From a virus (taxonomy: Duplodnaviria; Caudoviricetes): 31,767 bases of DNA. The notes beneath the pieces were generated by a model. That model searched no databases. It saw only the letters and a list, made by a program, of their open reading frames with translations, and had not been told where the DNA came from. The DNA lies in IMG/VR virus record IMGVR_UViG_3300047552_001713, positions 1-31,767 of that record. The stretch is one strand, 5' to 3'. Position numbers and translations under genes: made by a program. This document shows, one piece after another, positions 18,517 to 25,454 of this stretch; the first letter of the stretch is position 1; every line of letters starts with the position of its first letter.

Positions 18517-19308
18517 GTCATCTAGAAGTCCTGGTAATATTGTATTATCCCATTTATCTTGTGCCCATTCTTGAGCATCTTCCCATATTTGACTAGGGGG
18601 AGTTCCTGGGTGGTCCCATTTACCTGTATTTCTTTGTGATTCAGCCGCTGTTCTGAATGTATAGGCTCTTCCTTTAGGTTCAGAATCACCAGATAATCCA
18701 GAATGGCTATATACTCTTACATTTTTTAATAGCGGAACAGTCGGGTGGTCTTGTTTCATATTAACAGACCATGGTGGTCGCTCTTCGTCTGTTAATTGGT
18801 CATATGCTTCTTTCTTTGTAGACGGATATTCTATATCAAAAGATGACAACAACCATGGATAAGATTCTTGGGTTGAACTTTCATCAGCATCTTCTGTTCC
18901 AATGTGTCTTTTTGTCATTTCTGCCTTTACGGCAGTCGCAAGAACTGCTTGCATTGGAGTTAAGTTGTCACCGCTGTGTTTAAATGGTACTATTATATAT
19001 CGGCCATTCTTGCCATGCTTAGCCTTACTTGAGCTTAGTAAGCCATCTAGCATGTTAAATGGACTGGAACCCTCAATTATCCAATTAGCTTTATCATCTA
19101 AAGCTACTCCCCATGTTCCATCTTCTACTTTTATAATTCTTAATGCAGAAACGAAGTCTTTACGACGACTTTTGAACTCCGAATTGGCTTTTTCTATTAA
19201 ATAAGCATGCACCATACCAGCAAGCCATTCAGTTCCTTCTTGAATGGCTTGTTTAATATTGGAATCCTCGATGGTTCCAACTGATATTTTGATTAAGTAT
19301 TTAGGCAT
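18499..19308 (-). CDS. Putative neck/tail-completion virion protein
   Basis: GRYIIVPFKH and YTFRT...W.HPG motifs resemble large-myovirus neck-region proteins. Synteny is consistent. Confidence 0.55.
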   Translation of the reverse strand: MPKYLIKISVGTIEDSNIKQAIQEGTEWLAGMVHAYLIEKANSEFKSRRKDFVSALRIIKVEDGTWGVALDDKANWIIEGSSPFNMLDGLLSSSKAKHGKNGRYIIVPFKHSGDNLTPMQAVLATAVKAEMTKRHIGTEDADESSTQESYPWLLSSFDIEYPSTKKEAYDQLTDEERPPWSVNMKQDHPTVPLLKNVRVYSHSGLSGDSEPKGRAYTFRTAAESQRNTGKWDHPGTPPSQIWEDAQEWAQDKWDNTILPGLLDDLAQGW

Positions 19309-20903
19309 TATTTATTTTCAATTTTACCTGGAGATTGCGGTACACCTTCTGGACCCATTACGCCGCCAGTACTCATTTGGTGCCAATGTCCATTTTTCAT
19401 CTTAATTTTATTGCCAGTTCTGTGTCCCGGAGGAACTGTTTGGCCTTGTAGGGATTTGTCTAAAACCTTCCCATCTTTTGGAGCTTCTGATGGATTCTCT
19501 TCTGTATTAAAATATGAATCCATTGAAGTAAAGTCGCATTTATCTAATTCAGCCTTCTTTGTTGGATCATTGTCGAGAATAGCAGTTGCTGGAGAAGGAG
19601 GTTGTTTAATTCCTCTATCTTTTTTTCTTCTAAAATCTCTTAATGACTCTCCTGCGGTCATTGCATCGATGTCTTCCCAAAAGTCCTTCTCTACGTTTTT
19701 ACCTGCAACAGTATTATTATATCCTACGCTTTCATTTGGTGCACCAAGTGCTTGTGGTGGGTAATTATGTATTCTACCTTTAGCAGTATGTGGGTTCGCA
19801 CTAACTCCCATATTGTGTCTATAGGCTTCCCATATCTGCGGATCTTCATTATCAAACAAGTCATACCCCTGTCCACTAATTGGCGCCGCTGGATTAACTG
19901 GACCAGATACAGCAAATCTATCTTGTCGATGAATCTTCGATGTAGTATGGACTTGGGGTTTAGCTCCAGTTTGTTCCATGTAATTATCTCTGGATACTGG
20001 ATTATTCAAGAATCCTGCCATATTCTCTAAATTTTCTGCATGGCTTCTTGGAAGAGCTTTAGCTAGATTTAGTAATTCAAGAAATTGACCTATTTCTTCA
20101 GTCTTAACCATTTCTCCATGTGTTTGTGCCATCTTAATCATTGAATCGATTAATTTCTTAATGGCATCAAATGCTTTTGGATTAATTTCCTTTAGTCTCA
20201 TTATGTCTACTGAGTAATGCTTTACTAAACTCAATGCTTCTAGTACTTTTTGCTTAGTACTTTGTGAAGACCTAGGACTTGATACAACATCGTGACTAGG
20301 ACCCATTTTAGGTTGGTCAGAAATAGGCATTTCACGCGATGGAGTTGCGCTATTTACTTCATTAACCTGTGGGTCATTTGATGCCCCACCAGTAACTTGG
20401 ACTGGATTCCTGGCATTATGGTCAATTGCTTGCTTAAATTCTATATCTTCTTTTTCAAGGAATGGAAGTCTTAGTTCATATCCATTCTTGGATAAATCAT
20501 CTTCATCTTCTACTAAGTCGCCATAGCCTTCTGTATCGAGCTCTTTGCTATATAGGACTATTCTGTGTCCACCTTCTAGTTCTGACTGCTGCATTGCCTT
20601 ATAGGCTTCAATAGGGGTTATTCCTATACCTATAGCTAGCTTGGTTTTAGCAGATAATTCATATTTATGGGCAAATTCAGATAGTTTAAGTATGCAATCA
20701 GCTGGAATCTGTATACCAATTTGATTACCAAAAGAAGTCAATACGCGTCCATGACCTTCATTTAGAGTCCATTCTTTGATTTCACAAAAAGCTTTCTCTA
20801 ATGGGGCAGAATATCGTAGCAATGCCTCGGCGTCATCTCCGATTAGCGCTTCTTCAAACTGAGAGTGGGCCGAAATGGGCCTAATGAACACAAATGACAA
20901 CAT
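19308..20903 (-). CDS. Putative internal head protein with N-terminal degenerate mCpol (minimal CRISPR polymerase/GGDEF-like) domain
   Basis: The first ~115 aa follow the mCpol pattern but lack the DGD and GGD motifs. Many LxK motifs. ATG 20903 has an AAGGTG RBS. Confidence 0.6.
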   Translation of the reverse strand: MLSFVFIRPISAHSQFEEALIGDDAEALLRYSAPLEKAFCEIKEWTLNEGHGRVLTSFGNQIGIQIPADCILKLSEFAHKYELSAKTKLAIGIGITPIEAYKAMQQSELEGGHRIVLYSKELDTEGYGDLVEDEDDLSKNGYELRLPFLEKEDIEFKQAIDHNARNPVQVTGGASNDPQVNEVNSATPSREMPISDQPKMGPSHDVVSSPRSSQSTKQKVLEALSLVKHYSVDIMRLKEINPKAFDAIKKLIDSMIKMAQTHGEMVKTEEIGQFLELLNLAKALPRSHAENLENMAGFLNNPVSRDNYMEQTGAKPQVHTTSKIHRQDRFAVSGPVNPAAPISGQGYDLFDNEDPQIWEAYRHNMGVSANPHTAKGRIHNYPPQALGAPNESVGYNNTVAGKNVEKDFWEDIDAMTAGESLRDFRRKKDRGIKQPPSPATAILDNDPTKKAELDKCDFTSMDSYFNTEENPSEAPKDGKVLDKSLQGQTVPPGHRTGNKIKMKNGHWHQMSTGGVMGPEGVPQSPGKIENK

Positions 20904-20918
20904 AGTCACCTTTAATTA

Positions 20919-20927
20919 TGATATAAT
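20919..20927 (+). promoter_or_regulatory. Sigma70 extended -10 (TGATATAAT)
   Basis: Followed by GAGG and ATG 20942. Confidence 0.55.
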
Positions 20928-20941
20928 ATTCTTGAGGCTTT

Positions 20942-21100
20942 ATGGAAAACACAAACAACTTAATTACTACTTTGAAGAAGGCGTATAAGATAATGGAATT
21001 AGATATAGATAAGATTGATGACCCAACAAGTATTTATATTTATACAGAAATCATGAACAGAATCAGGGATTTAATTGAAGACGTTAAAACCCTTCAATAA
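20942..21100 (+). CDS. Small hypothetical protein (52 aa), opposite strand
   Basis: MENTNNLITTLKKAYKIMELDIDKIDDPTSIYIYTEIMNRIRDLIEDVKTLQ. Has a GAGG RBS and promoter, and fills the gap. Not in the ORF track. Confidence 0.65.
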   Translation: MENTNNLITTLKKAYKIMELDIDKIDDPTSIYIYTEIMNRIRDLIEDVKTLQ

Positions 21101-22043
21101 TTTCATATACAGCTTCGATATCCTCTTCTGGTAATTCTTCTGAGAAATTCAAATAGTTACCACTTTGAGTTTTCTCTAGTTTAATGTATTGAGATAAGTA
21201 GGATAGACACACACATCCTACGAACTCTTCTGATTTAAAGATATTTCCACCACATTCTGAACAAACCTTACCCATATCTTCTTCGCTCATCTTAAGCTTT
21301 GCTTTACGTGGCTTAAGGTGTCTACGTGGAGTTAATCTTGGTTTAGTCGGACCTTTGGGAATCTTTGGTGTAAACTTAGACTTCTTTTTGTGGTCATACC
21401 TATGGTCTGCGTGTGGCTGATGTGGGTGTTGCTTCCTATATTTATATTCAGCTGCAGATTCTTGATATTTACTAAGTTTTTCTTGGGCTAATTGAGCTAT
21501 TTTCTTGGCGTCTTCTATTTTTAATAAATCAGTCGCAACTACTTTATTGGTTGGTTCATGTTTTACTAAATATGGAGAGGTCAAAATGCCGGTATATTCA
21601 ATTACAAAGTCACCATAGTCTAATTGAGATAAGTATTGTTCTTGAATATTCTTAATTAATGTAGTTTTGACTAAAATATCTATATTTTTACCTAATACTT
21701 CTAAGTCTTTTTCATTAAAATCTTCATTACCGCTTATTTTACTGTTTAATGCCACTCCTATAGCGGCTGCGACATGAATAAGAGAGGAGTTGTTGAAGGT
21801 GAATAGCTTTTCGTCTATGGTAACTGCACCATCTAGTCCATTTTCGGTCTTTTCTAATACCAAGAAGGTTTCATTAGTGCCTGGAACTTTGCCTTCGAAT
21901 CCATAATTGCTAATATTATTAATCCATGACAATAAAACTCTGGGAACCAGGATGTTATTGAATGACGGATTCTTCTCTATTGCACGCTGAATAGCTAGCG
22001 AACCATTTTCTCCAAGAACTGAATCTAAGAATTGAGTATTCAT
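21084..22043 (-). CDS. Putative head-associated protein with C-terminal Zn-ribbon
   Basis: CSECG...GCVC, a His/Lys/Pro-rich linker, and LEK|TE, FK|SE and LKMSEE motifs. Confidence 0.6.
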   Translation of the reverse strand: MNTQFLDSVLGENGSLAIQRAIEKNPSFNNILVPRVLLSWINNISNYGFEGKVPGTNETFLVLEKTENGLDGAVTIDEKLFTFNNSSLIHVAAAIGVALNSKISGNEDFNEKDLEVLGKNIDILVKTTLIKNIQEQYLSQLDYGDFVIEYTGILTSPYLVKHEPTNKVVATDLLKIEDAKKIAQLAQEKLSKYQESAAEYKYRKQHPHQPHADHRYDHKKKSKFTPKIPKGPTKPRLTPRRHLKPRKAKLKMSEEDMGKVCSECGGNIFKSEEFVGCVCLSYLSQYIKLEKTQSGNYLNFSEELPEEDIEAVYEIIEGF

Positions 22044-22045
22044 AA

Positions 22046-22846
22046 TTAACGTGGTCCAAAAACACCATCTCGTGGTTGAATTACTTGACGATTGGTATTG
22101 GTTCCATCCTCTTTCTTTTCTTCCTTAAACATATAGTATTCGCGAGCTAAATGAGCTGAATACGGTGCTCTTTGTGGAACTTTTTTATTAGTCATGAAAT
22201 CAGTCTTATTTACAATACGGACTTCATGCATTAATCTATTTACATAATAAAATGGTGTATACAAATATCTTACAGAATAAATACTGCCTCTGTTTAGTTC
22301 TTGGTTGTATCCAGGTCTATTGCCTATCCATTTAATTTTGCCATCTACAATAGTATAATCGCTATCTGAATATTTAACGCCATTTTCATCATAAATAGAT
22401 TCAACTTTAACGGCTAGGTAGTTTAGTTTATCTATTCCAGTTATATTGGCTTCTACCTTTTGCCCGGCAGGAACCAATACAGCACAGCTTGAGATATAGA
22501 ATCTATCAAAGCTTTGAACATATATTTCATTCTTCGTGCCGTCATAATATCTTGGAAATGTAACATTTACTACGCTACCGTCTAGTAAGCCTAAGTCAGT
22601 TAACTGAGCAGACGCTGGGTTATTGGTAAACAAAACTGTTATGTCGCCTACGCATTCATAAATATAACCGTTTGTGCAATTACCGTGCCCATCATGTCCA
22701 CCTCTATGGTCCATTACGTCAGTAATACCAATTGGACAAGGAATAGAGCGCCAATGAGTCATTTTAACTCCGTTTTGGGAGATAAATTGGTCTTGGGCGT
22801 CTAAATCTAACCCTATTTGCTCAAATGGTATTTTAATATCGGCCAT
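22046..22846 (-). CDS. Putative head closure/completion (neck) protein
   Basis: WRSIPCP..C..GY N-terminus, FDRF and YSVRY..P.YYV...HEVR resemble large-myovirus neck proteins. Confidence 0.6.
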   Translation of the reverse strand: MADIKIPFEQIGLDLDAQDQFISQNGVKMTHWRSIPCPIGITDVMDHRGGHDGHGNCTNGYIYECVGDITVLFTNNPASAQLTDLGLLDGSVVNVTFPRYYDGTKNEIYVQSFDRFYISSCAVLVPAGQKVEANITGIDKLNYLAVKVESIYDENGVKYSDSDYTIVDGKIKWIGNRPGYNQELNRGSIYSVRYLYTPFYYVNRLMHEVRIVNKTDFMTNKKVPQRAPYSAHLAREYYMFKEEKKEDGTNTNRQVIQPRDGVFGPR

Positions 22847-23130
22847 TATTTTTTACCGGTTGACTTAGTAGGCGGAGTTGGGGCTGGGGTTGGTTCTGGT
22901 TCAGGTGCAGGACTGGGTTCGGATTTGTCTTTATAAAAATACTTAATTACAGAGTTAGCTCCCATGTACAAAGCAGCTAATGTCAATATGGTTGTACAAA
23001 AAGTACTATAAATAACAGAGATATTGCTCCATTTACCAGCAGCTAATCCAACTAAAGTAACTAAAGCGCAGGAGATATGAAATGTATGTAGTTTTCGGGA
23101 ACGCCATCCCCCGTCTCGCTTACTTGACAT
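22846..23130 (-). CDS. Two-TM holin-like membrane protein with Pro-rich tail
   Basis: SRK followed by two hydrophobic helices ending YMGAN, then PSPAPEPEPTPAP. Confidence 0.55.
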   Translation of the reverse strand: MSSKRDGGWRSRKLHTFHISCALVTLVGLAAGKWSNISVIYSTFCTTILTLAALYMGANSVIKYFYKDKSEPSPAPEPEPTPAPTPPTKSTGKK

Positions 23131-23131
23131 A

Positions 23132-23458
23132 TTAGCTCTCCCTGAGTATTGTATTCAATAAGTCAGTAACCTTATCCCATGTTGGGAATAAGTGGCTAAA
23201 CATCATTGGGTCAAAAGTCTCGCTTTTGGACAGTTCATCTAATACAGTGTCTGGAAACTTCTGGACCGCTAATTGACGAGCAAATCCCCTATGAGGACCG
23301 GAACCAAGAATCATTATCCCTGTATTGTCATCATTTTTAGCAACTATATTGAACCCGCCCTTTGTAACAAATTCGAAAACGGGCACACCATTGCTCATTC
23401 CAATTTTCTTTGGTGGTTTCTTAGGGTCTAATTGGTCTTTGGTAATCTGAAGTTTCAT
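23132..23458 (-). CDS. Small hypothetical virion-module protein
   Basis: Translationally coupled to its neighbours. Carries DELSK|SE. Confidence 0.7.
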   Translation of the reverse strand: MKLQITKDQLDPKKPPKKIGMSNGVPVFEFVTKGGFNIVAKNDDNTGIMILGSGPHRGFARQLAVQKFPDTVLDELSKSETFDPMMFSHLFPTWDKVTDLLNTILRES

Positions 23459-25452
23459 TGCTTACTCCCAAGTACAAGATTGTTAGTAAAGAATTTTCTG
23501 ATAAACTCAGATTTAGGTCCTGAATAATTCTTGACTTCAAGCAATCTATCCAATACAGGTCCTGGGTTTATTTGGAATTTATTAAGCAATTCTACTAACT
23601 TAGTTTCATCAACTAAATATAGCCAATGAGCTAATGAATCTTCGACTTCATGGCTAAGTGTAGGTAGGACATCCATCTTGGATTCGGGCGTTAATTCCTT
23701 CCACTTTCTTGCGGAAAATACCCTTAAATAAAATGGAACCCATGATTTTGGGTCTTTAGCTGGATTAAAGCTTGGGCCAGCAAATGCAGAGCCTGCGTCA
23801 ATAAGCTTTAAATTCCCATATTCATCAATCATGATGTTTCCGCCATGTCTATCTGGGTTGCCTAATACAAAGTCTAATATGGCCCATTTGTACAATAATC
23901 CATTATTTACGTATTTAGAGAATTCATTGCGTAAATCAACGGTCTTATCTTTTCTTATCTCTTCTATTGACTTAAAGTTGCCAGTAAAGAACTCAATAGC
24001 CGCTACTTCTTGCCCATCTAGAGTAATTAATGCTGATTTTGGAATATATCTGCTTAATCCAAATAACTTGGCAGCTTCATTAAAGGCAACTTCCCTTCTT
24101 GAAGCTGAGGCCGCTTCTTCTGTTACACCCCAAGCCTTACTTGGCTTTCCAGAGCCTGGTTTTAAGAACCAAATGGTATTAGTTACAGTATCCTTCATTA
24201 GCGCGGAGCCTTTGCAGTGTTTTCCGTCTAATTCAACTGGATAAACCTTATTGTCCTTAAATGCCTTTTGAATTGCTGTAGATACTTTCTTATATTCAGA
24301 GAATACTGGCTTAACTATACGCGGAATGGACGAAACGTTCATTTCGGACTTACCAAATGATTGAATTTGTAATAATTTAGCCAAAATATCTCTATTACTT
24401 TCATTTACTTCAATTCTATGAGCCGCTAGCGCAATTGCTACATAATCGCCTTCATAATCTATTGTAGCATTAATTATATCTTCTTCTGTTGGGATATAAT
24501 TATTTGCCATAAATTTGGCTGAATTGAATTCTGGAGATAATATAAGCCCAGAACTGGCCATAATGAAGGCCTTCTTGTAATCTTCTGGGGTTGGCTCCCA
24601 TTTCATTAAGTTATTAATCTGCTCTACTTCAGTTTTGTGCAAATCTCTGGTAAGCCAGTTATTTGTAGCCATGTTTGCAGCGTATTGTAGATGCTTATGC
24701 CCTTCTTCCATATTTCTATGGAATTGTTCTGGGTCATTTCCTGTTAAATGGAAAAATTCCTGCTGCTCTTCTGGCGCGGCTTGCATGTAGTCAATAATGC
24801 CATTTAATTGAGCATGGTGCCATGTTTCTGGTTTAGCTGGGTCAGCTGTACCAATGTCTTTTTGATATTCATGCCATTGTTGTGCAGCTAATTTTGAATC
24901 ATGTGGTAAAAATCCATATAAATTTCTACTTAACTTAAAGGCAGGGACTTTCCCTAGACTTACTGGCAGTTGTTTAAAATCAGAATAAACAATAGGAAGG
25001 GCTCTATCTGGGTCACCAGTATTTACTTTAACAGGGGAATTTTGCCAAGCTACCATTGCTTTTTTGCCATCAAAATCATTTAAATTCGGCAAAGGCCTTT
25101 CTAGTTCATTTTGGTCATTTGCTTCTGTATTTGCTGCCCACCAAAAAGTTTCTTGTGTATCATGGTCTATATCAGAGATAGGGAACTCGCCTCTATCGTG
25201 TGCATTTTGGCGATTATTCTGAGAGGCAACAAATGTTCTATTTGTAGATTCGAGATGGGTCTGGCCTTCAGGATATAGGGATTTGTCTTGAATAAATCTA
25301 TTGCCTTGAGTTCCCTGGGGGTCTTGTTCTTTTGGAACTACATGACTTACGTCAGCATAAGCGTCTCTTAATACAGCATCATTCTGCTCATTGGCTGCAT
25401 TTTCTGCATCATTGGCTGGCCAGCCCTTTTTCATTTCTTTTTCTTTGGACAT
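23455..25452 (-). CDS. Protein with C-terminal HipA-like/PI3-PI4-kinase-like atypical kinase domain
   Basis: WFLKP (ATP-binding Lys), RREVA (helix-C Glu), LDFVLGNPDRHGGN (catalytic loop) and LIDAGSAF (DFG-equivalent). Confidence 0.8.
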   Translation of the reverse strand: MSKEKEMKKGWPANDAENAANEQNDAVLRDAYADVSHVVPKEQDPQGTQGNRFIQDKSLYPEGQTHLESTNRTFVASQNNRQNAHDRGEFPISDIDHDTQETFWWAANTEANDQNELERPLPNLNDFDGKKAMVAWQNSPVKVNTGDPDRALPIVYSDFKQLPVSLGKVPAFKLSRNLYGFLPHDSKLAAQQWHEYQKDIGTADPAKPETWHHAQLNGIIDYMQAAPEEQQEFFHLTGNDPEQFHRNMEEGHKHLQYAANMATNNWLTRDLHKTEVEQINNLMKWEPTPEDYKKAFIMASSGLILSPEFNSAKFMANNYIPTEEDIINATIDYEGDYVAIALAAHRIEVNESNRDILAKLLQIQSFGKSEMNVSSIPRIVKPVFSEYKKVSTAIQKAFKDNKVYPVELDGKHCKGSALMKDTVTNTIWFLKPGSGKPSKAWGVTEEAASASRREVAFNEAAKLFGLSRYIPKSALITLDGQEVAAIEFFTGNFKSIEEIRKDKTVDLRNEFSKYVNNGLLYKWAILDFVLGNPDRHGGNIMIDEYGNLKLIDAGSAFAGPSFNPAKDPKSWVPFYLRVFSARKWKELTPESKMDVLPTLSHEVEDSLAHWLYLVDETKLVELLNKFQINPGPVLDRLLEVKNYSGPKSEFIRKFFTNNLVLGSKQ

Positions 25453-25454
25453 AA

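Noticed and set aside
23132-25452. Kinase plus small gene as a HipBA toxin-antitoxin module
   Set aside because: The small neighbour has no HTH and lies downstream. Both genes carry the putative cleavage motif and sit within the structural operon.
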